64,000 nucleotides of DNA from Candidatus Omnitrophota bacterium (GCA_041650295.1 JBAZLM010000001.1:64318-128317), one strand, 5' to 3'; counted from the first letter of the stretch, positions 50,836 to 60,530 are shown. Program-made: numbers and translations. Notes: generated by a model from the letters alone, not told the origin.

Positions 50836-51881
50836 TGTTAAAACAAAAAATATTAATTTCAGGTAATGAGGCGATTGCTGAGGGGGCGTTGCAAGCCGGT
50901 TGCAGTTTTTATGCCGGTTATCCGATTACTCCGCAAAATGAATTAATTGCTTATATGGCCAAACATATGCCTAAAAAAGGAATTTTTATTCAGGCAGAGT
51001 CTGAGCCGGCGGCAATTAATATGGTTTACGGAGCTTCTGCGGCAGGAGCGCGTTCGATGACTTCATCATCAAGTCCGGGAATTAGTTTAATGCAAGAAGG
51101 AATCTCTTATATTGCCGGCGCACAACTTCCGTCGGTAATTGTAAATATTATGCGCGGTGGTCCGGGTTTAGGCAATATTGCTCCGGCGCAATCGGATTAT
51201 TTCCAAGCTACCCGCGGCGGCGGTCACGGAGATTATCACTTAATTGTTTTAGCACCTGGGTCAGCGCAAGAGGCCTATGATCTTACACAAACCGGTTTTG
51301 ATCTAGCGGATAAATATCGTATTCCGGTAATGATTTTAGGTGATGGAATATTAGGCCAGATGATGGAGCCGGTAACATTATCGACTAAAAAAATTAAAGT
51401 TAATCCGGCTAAGAGCTGGGCATTATCCGGTTGTCAAGGGAGAAAGCCTAATATCGCTAAATCATTCTTTTTGCGTGAAGGAGATTTAGAAACTTTTAAT
51501 CTTAAATTACAAAAGAATTATGAGTTAATAAAAAATAAAGAAGAACGTTATGAAAGTTTATTTGTCGCGGATGCTAAAGTGATCTTAGTAGCTTATGGGA
51601 CAATGGCGCGGATTGCTAAAACGGTGGTTAGCCAATTAAGAAGCGTTGGTAAAAAAGTAGGCTTGATTCGTCCGATTACACTTTGGCCATTTCCGCAAAA
51701 ACCGTTTAATTTAAAAAATAAAAGAACTAAATTTTTAGTTACCGAGATGTCTTATGGCCAGATGGTTGATGATGTTAAGTTAGCGGTGAATGGCAGAAAT
51801 AAAATAAATTTTTTAGGTCGCTCAGGCGGTGGAGTGCCTAGTCAAGAAGAGCTAATTAGTAAAATTAGCAAATTATTATAA
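50835..51881 (+). CDS. 2-oxoacid (pyruvate/2-oxoglutarate/2-ketoisovalerate):ferredoxin oxidoreductase alpha subunit
   Basis: 348 aa; POR/KOR alpha domain sequence; in a delta-alpha-beta-gamma operon. Confidence 0.85.
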   Translation: MLKQKILISGNEAIAEGALQAGCSFYAGYPITPQNELIAYMAKHMPKKGIFIQAESEPAAINMVYGASAAGARSMTSSSSPGISLMQEGISYIAGAQLPSVIVNIMRGGPGLGNIAPAQSDYFQATRGGGHGDYHLIVLAPGSAQEAYDLTQTGFDLADKYRIPVMILGDGILGQMMEPVTLSTKKIKVNPAKSWALSGCQGRKPNIAKSFFLREGDLETFNLKLQKNYELIKNKEERYESLFVADAKVILVAYGTMARIAKTVVSQLRSVGKKVGLIRPITLWPFPQKPFNLKNKRTKFLVTEMSYGQMVDDVKLAVNGRNKINFLGRSGGGVPSQEELISKISKLL

Positions 51882-52609
51882 TGGAAAAAATATTTTCTCG
51901 TCCAGAATCTTTGTATGATTTACCTACGCATTATTGTCCAGGCTGTGGCCACGGGATTGCCCATCGTTTAGTGGCGCAAGTTATTGATGAACTAGCGGTG
52001 CGTGAAAAAACTATTGGTATTGCTCCGGTGGGTTGTGCGGTAGTAGCCTATGATTATTGGAATTTTGATTGTTCAGAGGCAGCGCACGGTCGAGCTCTAG
52101 CCGTAGCTACCGCTATAAAAAGAGTACATCCGAATAATGTTGTTTTTACTTATCAGGGCGACGGAGACTTGGCGGCTATTGGTACTAATGAGACGATTCA
52201 TGCGGCCAATCGAGGAGAAAATTTAACGGTAGTGTTTATAAATAATGCAGTGTATGGGATGACTGGGGGGCAACTTGCTCCGACTACGCTTTTAGGGCAG
52301 AAGACTTCGACCTCTGTTGAAGGAAGAGATAAAGAAAAGCACGGTTATCCTTTAAAAATTTCTGAGATGCTGGCTTTATTGCCGGGAGTAGTTTATGTAG
52401 AAAGAGTCTCTTTAGAGTCTCCTCAGGAAGTTTTAAAAGCAAAGCGCGCAATTAAACAAGCTTTTGAAAATCAAATTAATAAATTAGGTTTTTCTTTGGT
52501 GGAGATACTTTCGCCTTGTCCAACTTATTGGGGCCTGTCGCCCAAAGATTCATTGGAATGGATAAAAAATGTAATGCAAAAAGAGTTTCCTTTGGGAAGG
52601 ATTAAATGA
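51881..52609 (+). CDS. 2-oxoacid:ferredoxin oxidoreductase beta subunit (TPP-binding)
   Basis: 242 aa; CPGCGHG and TPP-binding GDG motif. Confidence 0.85.
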   Translation: MEKIFSRPESLYDLPTHYCPGCGHGIAHRLVAQVIDELAVREKTIGIAPVGCAVVAYDYWNFDCSEAAHGRALAVATAIKRVHPNNVVFTYQGDGDLAAIGTNETIHAANRGENLTVVFINNAVYGMTGGQLAPTTLLGQKTSTSVEGRDKEKHGYPLKISEMLALLPGVVYVERVSLESPQEVLKAKRAIKQAFENQINKLGFSLVEILSPCPTYWGLSPKDSLEWIKNVMQKEFPLGRIK

Positions 52610-53142
52610 TTGAGCGAATAATTATCGCGGGTTCCGGCGGTCAAGGAGTAATGCTTTTAGGTAAGGTGATTGCTGAGGCAGCGATGCAACAAGGTTTTCA
52701 AGTTGTTTATTTGCCGGCTTATGGTCCAGAGGTACGCGGGGGGACCAGTCACTGTATGGTGACTATCTCTGATCAAGTAATCGGGTCTCCTTATATTTCT
52801 AAAGCTGATGTTCTGATTATTCTTAATAATCCTTCTTTAGAAAGATTTAAAAATAAAGTTCAAAATAATGGTTTGTTAATTTTAAATTCTTCCTTGGCTA
52901 AAACTGAGGCTTATGCAAAAGTTAAAGTGTTACAATTTCCTTTTACGGATCTGGCTTTAAAGTTAGGCAATGTTAAAGTAGCCAATATGGTGGCCTTAGG
53001 AGTGTATTTGTTGGCTAAGAAAATTATAAAGAAAGAAAATATTTTAAAAGTCTTTAAATTCATGGCCCCGTCGGGGAATTTGAAAATTTTAGAGATTAAT
53101 GAGTTAGCTTTAAAAGAAGGGGGAAGGTTAATTAATGGTTAG
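52606..53142 (+). CDS. 2-oxoacid:ferredoxin oxidoreductase gamma subunit
   Basis: 178 aa; IIIAGSGGQGV motif. Confidence 0.8.
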   Translation: MIERIIIAGSGGQGVMLLGKVIAEAAMQQGFQVVYLPAYGPEVRGGTSHCMVTISDQVIGSPYISKADVLIILNNPSLERFKNKVQNNGLLILNSSLAKTEAYAKVKVLQFPFTDLALKLGNVKVANMVALGVYLLAKKIIKKENILKVFKFMAPSGNLKILEINELALKEGGRLING

Positions 53143-54427
53143 AGTCAGATTCGCACCTAGTCCTACCGGGAATTTACATATCGGCGGTGGCCGCACAGCA
53201 TTATTTAATTGGCTTTTTTGCCAATCTAAAGGCGGAAAGTTTGTTTTAAGAATTGAAGATACCGATCAAGAGCGTTCTAAAAAAGAATTTGTGGATGAAA
53301 TTTTAAATAGTCTTAAATGGTTAGGCTTTAGTTGGGATGAGCTTTATTATCAAAGCCAGCGTTTTGACCGTTATCGTATGCATGCGGATAAGTTACTTAA
53401 ATCCGGTGTAGCTTACATTGAAAAATCTCCCGAAGGAAAAGAAGCTATAATTTATAAAGTCCCTCCGAAAAAAATTGTGGTTAATGATTTAATTCGCGGA
53501 CAAATTGCATTTGATTCTACTTTAATTAAAGATCAGGTCTTAATTAAATCCGATGGCACGCCAACTTATAACTTTGCTTGTGTAGTTGATGATGCTGAGA
53601 TGAATATTACCCATATTATTCGTGGAGACGATCATATCTCCAATACTCCTAAACAAATTCTTATTTATGAAGCCTTAGGATTTCAACTACCGCTTTTTGC
53701 GCACCTTCCTTTGATCATGGGTGTCGACGGGGGAAGGCTTTCTAAAAGAACCGGAGCTACCGCGATTAGCGACTATCGTAAGATGGGTTATTTGTCTGAG
53801 GCATTATTAAATTATCTGCTTTATTTAAGTTGGTCGCCTGGTGATAACCGTGAATTGATTAATATGCCAGAGGCAATTAAATTATTTGAGATAAAAAATG
53901 TTAATAAAACTGCGGCTACTTTTGATATTAAGAAGTTAGATTGGATTAATAATCAGTATTTAAAGAATGCAGATCCAGGGAAATTAGCGGATTATCTTGT
54001 GCCGTTATTGGTAGAAAAAAATTATATTAATCTAGATAATTATGATCGACCATATCTTTTGCAACTAGTGAAATTGTTCCAAGCTCGGCTACCTAGGATT
54101 AATGACTTTGTGGAGTGGGCGGACTTTTTCTTTTTAGCAGAACCGGTGATGGATGAAGAGGCGGTAAAAAAATATTTAGCTACAGATTTAACTAAGGAGT
54201 TTAAACTTTTTATGCAACGTTTAGAAAGTTTAGCTAGTTTTGAGGTGGCCAGTATTGAAGCAGCCTTTCGAGAGATGATTGCGCAATTAGGCATTGAAGC
54301 TAAAGTTTTAATTCATCCAATTCGGGTTGCCCTTACCGGTAAAACGATTGGTCCGGGATTGTTTGAGTTGATTCATGTTTTAGGCAAAGAGAAGAGCGTG
54401 CAAAGATTATCAAAATGGGTGAGGTAG
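53135..54427 (+). CDS. gltX: glutamate--tRNA ligase (short form)
   Basis: 430 aa; class I HIGH-like SPTGNLHIGG and KMSKS-like RLSKR motifs. Confidence 0.85.
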   Translation: MVRVRFAPSPTGNLHIGGGRTALFNWLFCQSKGGKFVLRIEDTDQERSKKEFVDEILNSLKWLGFSWDELYYQSQRFDRYRMHADKLLKSGVAYIEKSPEGKEAIIYKVPPKKIVVNDLIRGQIAFDSTLIKDQVLIKSDGTPTYNFACVVDDAEMNITHIIRGDDHISNTPKQILIYEALGFQLPLFAHLPLIMGVDGGRLSKRTGATAISDYRKMGYLSEALLNYLLYLSWSPGDNRELINMPEAIKLFEIKNVNKTAATFDIKKLDWINNQYLKNADPGKLADYLVPLLVEKNYINLDNYDRPYLLQLVKLFQARLPRINDFVEWADFFFLAEPVMDEEAVKKYLATDLTKEFKLFMQRLESLASFEVASIEAAFREMIAQLGIEAKVLIHPIRVALTGKTIGPGLFELIHVLGKEKSVQRLSKWVR

Positions 54428-54455
54428 GAGTTAAAAAAAGATAGTTGGCGACCCC

Positions 54456-54485
54456 TTGAAATTAGCCACAAATATATGTTATAAT
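54456..54485 (+). promoter_or_regulatory. sigma70-type promoter
   Basis: TTGAAA (54456-54461) - 18 nt - TATAAT (54480-54485). Confidence 0.5.
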
Positions 54486-54491
54486 CTATTG

Positions 54492-54581
54492 AAGTTTAAT
54501 TAAGGCAAGGGGTAAACTACCAGCGGGCAGGCAATGCCCAGGACTAAAAGCCAAAAAATTTCCCCTTGCCTATTTTTTTTG
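54492..54581 (+). ncRNA. candidate small structured RNA or terminator-type leader (~90 nt)
   Basis: 10-bp closing stem AGGCAAGGGG (54503-54512) / CCCCTTGCCT (54562-54571) enclosing inner hairpin GGGCA-GGCAA-TGCCC, followed by T8; own promoter upstream. Confidence 0.35.
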
Positions 54582-54626
54582 TGTTACAATACTGATAATT
54601 AAGCTTTGATTAAAAGGGGGAAAGCG

Positions 54627-54827
54627 ATGATGAAAAAGTTTTTTTTATTGTTGGTGCTTTTCGTTTTTGCGTTTTTGACTAGTGGTTGCATTACTATTAA
54701 TACCGACGGATGTTGTTCCAACAAAGCTAATAGTTGTTGTGAAAAAAAAGCAGTTAAAGCTGAGCCTAAAGAGAGCGTGAATCCGATTAAGGTCGCTGAT
54801 GATTGGGTAAAGAAGAATCTCTGGTAA
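54627..54827 (+). CDS. small Cys-rich lipoprotein
   Basis: MMKKFFLLLVLFVFAFLTSGC lipobox (LTSG-C) then CITINTDGCCSNKANSCCEKK; GGGGGA RBS 6 nt upstream; extended -10 TGTTACAAT at 54582-54590. Confidence 0.5.
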   Translation: MMKKFFLLLVLFVFAFLTSGCITINTDGCCSNKANSCCEKKAVKAEPKESVNPIKVADDWVKKNLW

Positions 54828-54862
54828 TAATTTAACGAAAGATTATTTTAGTTGTAAATATT

Positions 54863-54895
54863 AAGCCGGGTTTATCCCCGGCTTTTTATTTTTAA
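54863..54895 (+). terminator. intrinsic terminator after the lipoprotein gene
   Basis: AAGCCGGG-TTTATC-CCCGGCTT followed by TTTATTTTT. Confidence 0.6.
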
Positions 54896-54900
54896 AAAAA

Positions 54901-54956
54901 ATAGGCAAGTGCTGAGGCCGTCTACCTATTTCCACCTGCTCCTCATGCTTGCCTAT
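54901..54956 (+). other. imperfect 17-bp-arm hairpin upstream of the giant gene
   Basis: ATAGGCAAGTGCTGAGG ... CCTCATGCTTGCCTAT. Confidence 0.3.
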
Positions 54957-55121
54957 ATAAAGCCAGATCTTACTACTTAAGTATACACGTTTTTAGTATT
55001 GATTTTCAAGGGGGTAGAATTAATAATTTTTGAAAACGTTTTCTTTTTGCCGTATTTTCCTCTTGAATTTGCCTTACCTATATAGCATACTTACTTTACT
55101 ATGAGCCCGGTAGGCATAAAT

Positions 55122-58100
55122 ATGAAAAACTCTAAACTTAGAAAAATTTTATCTTTATTTCTGTGTGGACTGCTATTGCTTCAGCAGACCGGCTTTGCTC
55201 AGGTGGCCAGCGTCGAGCTAAACTTATCTAGTCGGTTTGCTTCCGCAGGCAGTGCTTTATCCAATATACTATCTGTAGATAAGTTCCGTCCAGTTCATCT
55301 AAGATCTATCTCCTACGATCAACTCAACAATAACTTTAAGCTTTTAATTGATAAAGGGGATACTAAGAATCCCAAAACTCAAGAGATCGAATCTACTACC
55401 AAAGACCTGCTCAACTACTTCTTTGTGGGTATTGCTCTACCCAATAGCTCCTTCTGGGTAAACCTTAGACCTGATGCTCCGACTAACATTATTGATCCAC
55501 TACTGGCTCAAACCGAAGTCGGTAAGATTCTCCTAGAAGCCGACCTGCAACTTAAAAAAGACACCGCTGAAGCCACTAACCCGCAATCCCCAGCAGGCAA
55601 AGCCTACTGGAATAAGCTCTATGCTAAAGCCAATGAACTCTACGGTAACCAGAACGTCAACATCCCCACACTAACTAGACCTTGGATAGTTCCTGATGAG
55701 ATCATTATCCGTGAATCTACCAACAATGCCTATGTCTACAAAGCTACTCTAAAGGTCATGTTAGAACAAGATTATCTTAAAGATAACTCTACCTACTCTT
55801 TTAAAGATGACCGCGCTAAACAACTCAATGAATACTCATCTCAGATTATCAGACAAGAGATCATCCCTAAACTCACTAAAGAGATTAACTCCGCTAAACG
55901 TTATGCCCAACTGCGTCAGGTATACTACTCATTAATCCTAGCCCAATGGTTTAAAGCCAGAAACCTCAACAACCCTAATAATCCTTATGCTAAACAAATC
56001 GACCGTAAAGATCTAACCAACCTTAAAACTAATACTCCTTACTCCGTAGACACTTACTTTAACTCTTATAAACAAAACTTTACCCAAGGCCAATACAACA
56101 TCAAAGAACCCGTCTATACACCCTATGGACAGGTGGTCAGGAGTTATTTTAGTGGAGGCGTGGTATTTGGTGAACCAATAACTAAAGCTATACAAAAGGA
56201 TATTGTTCCAGGATATAGATTAGATATGAATCAATCTTATTTAACAAGTGTAGAAGGTGATTTAGTGCATGTGATGGCAGAAGGAGTAAGTAGGCAGAGA
56301 GCTTATTCTAAAACTGATAGCAATAGCTCTCTTAAAGATCTTGAATATACATATGGTGTAAAAATAAATGTTCTTACTACCAGTGAATTTGATCAAAAAG
56401 CCAGTCAATTGGGGATCAGTAATCCCGGTAAGGGATTTGGTTATTTTGATCGCTCAGCTGACCAGCCGTATGTTTATATTCTTAAAGGCAATGAGAATAA
56501 CCGCGATTTAGTTATGCACGAAATTACTGAAGCTTTAGCCAGACAGAGCCAAGGCGTAGCGACTGCTGGAGCAGAAACGGGAGGAATTTCGGGAAATGGA
56601 ATAGATCCAATAGTTAATAAATTGATTGCGCAAGAAGTGGCTAGCAAGCTGGCGGAATTATCTGTAAAAACTGGATTAAATATTTCAGAGAAGATAAAAA
56701 ATAGTAATGAGCTAGTTAAGTGGATGGAAGCTTTACAAGAATATCCTTTATTGGCAGATAAAATTACTGCGCATATTATTGTTACTTTAAGAATGTTACA
56801 TAATAGTAATAATCCTCAAGATGCCATAAATTTTTGGGGAGATTCTAGAGAAATGTGGAAAGTTAGGGAGGCGCTGGTTCCGCTTTTACAGAGCCAAATT
56901 CCAATGTTGTGGAAACAATTATTAGTGAAATTTTTACCGTTGGTAAGCTATGATCAGTTGTTGCGCATACGCGATCTATCTAGAGAATTACAGGATAATA
57001 TGCAACCGCCAACCTATGCATCCGATGATGATATTAATTACATGTCTACTATTGTTAGACCTACAGGCGACTACATTGCCGCTAGAATAAGAGATACAAT
57101 TCATCGCAATCCTAGTAATAAAATAAATTTAATTTTATTACAAGCTTATAAGGTTTATTTAAATGAAGGGCTTGATGCGTATAGGGAATATTTGAAAAAT
57201 AATCCGCAAACGCAAATATTACCTGCTAATAATATTTTGGATGATCGATTAAATTTTGAAAAAAAAGCTAAAGCATTAGAAAAATGCGATGCCTTAATAT
57301 CTCTGGTAGGAGATCTGACTGGTAAGGCCTCTGGAGAAATAATCATGCAAAGCCGTTTTGAGACTTGGAAGAAAGCGGTGTCTGGGCATAGTGATTTTGG
57401 AATAAAAATTTCTAATTTAATTAATGCAAATCCTGATAATCCTACTGATACTTTAGAGTATTTAGGAGAGATTGTCGCAATGAGAAAAGATCTCCAAAGA
57501 ATGTTTATTGATCTTACTGGCGAAGCGTTGTTTGTAAGCTATTTGTTAGACAATGCTTTAGAGACTCTATATTATGTTAATTGCGACAAAATTTTTGAAG
57601 ACAAAAGTGTTAATTCTTTAATATTAATGAGGAGTCTTTTGGAAAATACCAGTTTAAACGGGTATTCTCAGCAAGAAAGTGCAACAATCTTAGAAAAATT
57701 AAAAGAATGGAGCCAGACAACATCTCTAAAAATTAGTAACAAAAAATCTTTAACTGAAAATGATTGGAGTGAGCTTGTTAAAATATATTTAGATGTAAAA
57801 AATAAAATTATTAATGCAAATACAAATTTAATTATTGATAATTTTTATGAGGAAGCTGCAAAATTAATGGGCATTACTAATGCCGAAGATGTTTCCGCAG
57901 ATATTTTAAGAAATGACACCATTTCTTTGTTATCGCGAGCTTTAAGTGAAGCTCTGGTAAAAGCTGGAATTACGCAAGTCATATATGCTGGAGAAGGGGC
58001 AGGCAAAGTAAGGGTTTTTGATAACCTGGACTTTTTAGAGAAAAATCCCCCAACAGATAACGATATTGTTATTCTTAAATTTGATTTAACTGAAGAACAA

Positions 58101-60530
58101 ATTAGTAGAAATATTACTTCAGCTGTTTCAGCGGTGGTTTTTTCTAAAACCGGGCCAATTTCACATTTGGCTCTTTGGGTAAAGGGTAAACGTATCCCTT
58201 CGGCAATTTGTTCCACTGTTTCGCAATTTGAACAATTTCAAGGTCAGAAGGTTAAATTTATAATTAATGATGACCAAGTAGTTTTAGAACCAACTAAAGA
58301 TTTAGTGGAAGGTTCTGTAAAGCCAGCCAAAGAAATTAAAAAAATAGTGTTGCCTAGGGCAAAGAATAAATTAGAGCATATTATTTACGCTGATCAGTTT
58401 GCAGCTGATAATGCGGGGAATAAGGCAGCGGGATTGAAAAAAATTCCGGCGGAATTTTTATTACCGAGCTTTGTAGTAAGTAGTAGTTTTTATGATGCAG
58501 TATTAAATGATCCGCTTAATGCTGATATTGCAGTTGAACTATCAGATTATTTGCAAAAAGCAATTCGTAATCCATTAGCTAATGATATATCGGATACTTT
58601 AGATAAAGCGAGGCGTTTGATTAATCAATTAGTGATTTCAGATGCTAAAGCAGCGGAAATTTTAGGGGCGATTGAAAAAACAATGGGTCAAAATAAGGAT
58701 TTAAGTTTGGTTGTCAGGTCTTCAACTAACGCTGAAGACCTGCCCGGTTATGTGGGAGCTGGACTTTATGGTTCTTTTAAAAATGTGCGCCCGGATCAGG
58801 AATCGTTAGCTGAAAATATTAAAAAAGTTTGGGCTAGTGTCTGGAATGAGCTCCCCTTTAGGGATCGTCAAGTTGAAGGGATTGATCATTTGGCGGTTTA
58901 TCCGGCTGTACTTATCCAGCAGATGTATCCTTCGGATTACCACGCAACGATTTATACTCAGGATCCGGCAAATAAAGGAAAATTAGTTATTCAATTAAAG
59001 CAGGGGCTTGGCGAGCCTGATGAATATAATGATAAGAATATTCAGCAGTTTTCGGGTATGCCGTATCTTTTTATTTATGACGCTGATTCTCATGAATTAA
59101 GTGTAAAAAGCTATGCTGATATTAATTATAAGTTAATTTTAAGAGATGGTGTTATTCAGGAAGTTTTAGCAGACTATAATAATGATCCTATTGGCGATAA
59201 AAATGGAAGAGAGCTTTTAAAACAACTTGCTCAGGTGGCATTAGATATCGCTGCAAAAGCAAAAACTCCTCAAGATATTGAAGGAGGAATTAGGAATGTA
59301 AGTGGGGTTTGGGAATTTAAGCTATTTCAGTCCAGAGATCAAGCTAATGCATCTGATATAGCCAAGACATCTGCACAGGTTGATAGTAATACAATTATTG
59401 CTGGAGAAATTGGTTCGCTTGCTAATGAAATTGCAGGTTTGTTTCGAAAAGAACTTAAAAAAGGATTAAGTGATAGAAATTTTGATGCCATTATTAGTAA
59501 ATATGGCGGGGTGTTCGTAGGTGAAGGTAGATCTGGCAAGGCTTATAAATTTTCTACTACTACCGGAGAGATGGTAATTAAATTTTTTGTTGATGTTGGT
59601 CCCGTTGAATATACCACGTTTGAATCTGAGGTACGGGGTTTATCGCGGGCAGACAACCCATTATTTCAACAGTATGTAACTAGTGCTAGAGCTAATGATG
59701 ATAAAGTAAGCTATATTGTGACAAAATTTGTGAGCGGAATAAGCTTTGATTCTGAGTATAGTTATTCGGAATGGCAGGAATTAAGCCCAGCTGCACAAGA
59801 AAAATATTTTGATAAAATAGAACAAAGAATCCAAAGTATTCCGGATGAGCATTGGGATCAACTGGTTTTAATTTTTAAATATGCAAAAGAAGAGGGAATT
59901 ATTATTGATGCAAAAAAATCCGATAATTTTAAATATACCCCGGAAAGAGGGTTCGTTGTTTTGGATTATGTGTCTTTGATAAATAAAGAGATGTCTGCTA
60001 ATCTTCTTGAAGAAGCAGCTCCTTTGATTGTTGGTGGGGGCTTAATGGCTCAAATAGGAGATGAGAACATTGCTTTGGTTAAGAGCAAGATAGGCGAGGC
60101 GAAAAAACGAATTAGAAATAATTCAGTGGTAATTGTAGATGAAAATGATACAAAAAAAGGTGGTATTGATTTTCGTTTCTTACCGATTGTTACGCAGTCC
60201 ATGGGTAGTTTAAAAGCGAGCATGAGAGGGATACCCGTAAATACTTTGCAACAAATTAATTTAACTAGAGAGTGGAGTGATATTAATCGTTTAGTTAGTT
60301 CTGGGATTGCTCCTTCCACAGAGCGTTTAAAAGAATACTTTGCCGCTAGTTGTTTTAAAGGAAATCTAGATACAGATAATCAAAAGATAATTGCCTGCAT
60401 TTCGGATATTTTAAGAATGGAAGAGCTAACTTGTTCGACTACCGATGCCACCCTTAAAGATATTTTAGTAGTCTTAGGTTCCGGTAGAAGTGGGGAGGAT
60501 TTAAAGTTAGCGCTGAGTGGGGTTAATTAA
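55122..60530 (+). CDS. giant exported multidomain protein: Sec signal peptide, ~950-aa unknown N-terminal region, PEP-utilizer phosphohistidine swivel domain, PPDK_N-type ATP-grasp nucleotide-binding domain, protein-kinase-like domain, C-terminal tail
   Basis: Signal peptide MKNSKLRKILSLFLCGLLLLQQTGFA-QV; the listed ORF starts 7 codons earlier. Swivel domain: GEGAGKVRVF...NDIVILKFDLTEE...SKTGPISHLALWVKGKRIPSAICST, His codon near 58164. PPDK_N: NKAAGLKKIP...LVVRSSTNAEDLPGYVGAGLYGSF...VWASVWNE...AVLIQQMYPSDYHATIYTQDP. Kinase-like: G-loop VGEGRSGKAYKF, MVIKFF lysine, IIIDAKKSDNF catalytic loop, VLDY. Confidence 0.7.
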   Translation: MKNSKLRKILSLFLCGLLLLQQTGFAQVASVELNLSSRFASAGSALSNILSVDKFRPVHLRSISYDQLNNNFKLLIDKGDTKNPKTQEIESTTKDLLNYFFVGIALPNSSFWVNLRPDAPTNIIDPLLAQTEVGKILLEADLQLKKDTAEATNPQSPAGKAYWNKLYAKANELYGNQNVNIPTLTRPWIVPDEIIIRESTNNAYVYKATLKVMLEQDYLKDNSTYSFKDDRAKQLNEYSSQIIRQEIIPKLTKEINSAKRYAQLRQVYYSLILAQWFKARNLNNPNNPYAKQIDRKDLTNLKTNTPYSVDTYFNSYKQNFTQGQYNIKEPVYTPYGQVVRSYFSGGVVFGEPITKAIQKDIVPGYRLDMNQSYLTSVEGDLVHVMAEGVSRQRAYSKTDSNSSLKDLEYTYGVKINVLTTSEFDQKASQLGISNPGKGFGYFDRSADQPYVYILKGNENNRDLVMHEITEALARQSQGVATAGAETGGISGNGIDPIVNKLIAQEVASKLAELSVKTGLNISEKIKNSNELVKWMEALQEYPLLADKITAHIIVTLRMLHNSNNPQDAINFWGDSREMWKVREALVPLLQSQIPMLWKQLLVKFLPLVSYDQLLRIRDLSRELQDNMQPPTYASDDDINYMSTIVRPTGDYIAARIRDTIHRNPSNKINLILLQAYKVYLNEGLDAYREYLKNNPQTQILPANNILDDRLNFEKKAKALEKCDALISLVGDLTGKASGEIIMQSRFETWKKAVSGHSDFGIKISNLINANPDNPTDTLEYLGEIVAMRKDLQRMFIDLTGEALFVSYLLDNALETLYYVNCDKIFEDKSVNSLILMRSLLENTSLNGYSQQESATILEKLKEWSQTTSLKISNKKSLTENDWSELVKIYLDVKNKIINANTNLIIDNFYEEAAKLMGITNAEDVSADILRNDTISLLSRALSEALVKAGITQVIYAGEGAGKVRVFDNLDFLEKNPPTDNDIVILKFDLTEEQISRNITSAVSAVVFSKTGPISHLALWVKGKRIPSAICSTVSQFEQFQGQKVKFIINDDQVVLEPTKDLVEGSVKPAKEIKKIVLPRAKNKLEHIIYADQFAADNAGNKAAGLKKIPAEFLLPSFVVSSSFYDAVLNDPLNADIAVELSDYLQKAIRNPLANDISDTLDKARRLINQLVISDAKAAEILGAIEKTMGQNKDLSLVVRSSTNAEDLPGYVGAGLYGSFKNVRPDQESLAENIKKVWASVWNELPFRDRQVEGIDHLAVYPAVLIQQMYPSDYHATIYTQDPANKGKLVIQLKQGLGEPDEYNDKNIQQFSGMPYLFIYDADSHELSVKSYADINYKLILRDGVIQEVLADYNNDPIGDKNGRELLKQLAQVALDIAAKAKTPQDIEGGIRNVSGVWEFKLFQSRDQANASDIAKTSAQVDSNTIIAGEIGSLANEIAGLFRKELKKGLSDRNFDAIISKYGGVFVGEGRSGKAYKFSTTTGEMVIKFFVDVGPVEYTTFESEVRGLSRADNPLFQQYVTSARANDDKVSYIVTKFVSGISFDSEYSYSEWQELSPAAQEKYFDKIEQRIQSIPDEHWDQLVLIFKYAKEEGIIIDAKKSDNFKYTPERGFVVLDYVSLINKEMSANLLEEAAPLIVGGGLMAQIGDENIALVKSKIGEAKKRIRNNSVVIVDENDTKKGGIDFRFLPIVTQSMGSLKASMRGIPVNTLQQINLTREWSDINRLVSSGIAPSTERLKEYFAASCFKGNLDTDNQKIIACISDILRMEELTCSTTDATLKDILVVLGSGRSGEDLKLALSGVN

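Noticed and set aside
54606-54626. TTG-initiated N-terminal extension of the lipoprotein ORF
   Set aside because: The ATG at 54627 has a better-spaced GGGGGA RBS and gives a canonical signal peptide; the upstream TTG lies inside the predicted promoter and leader
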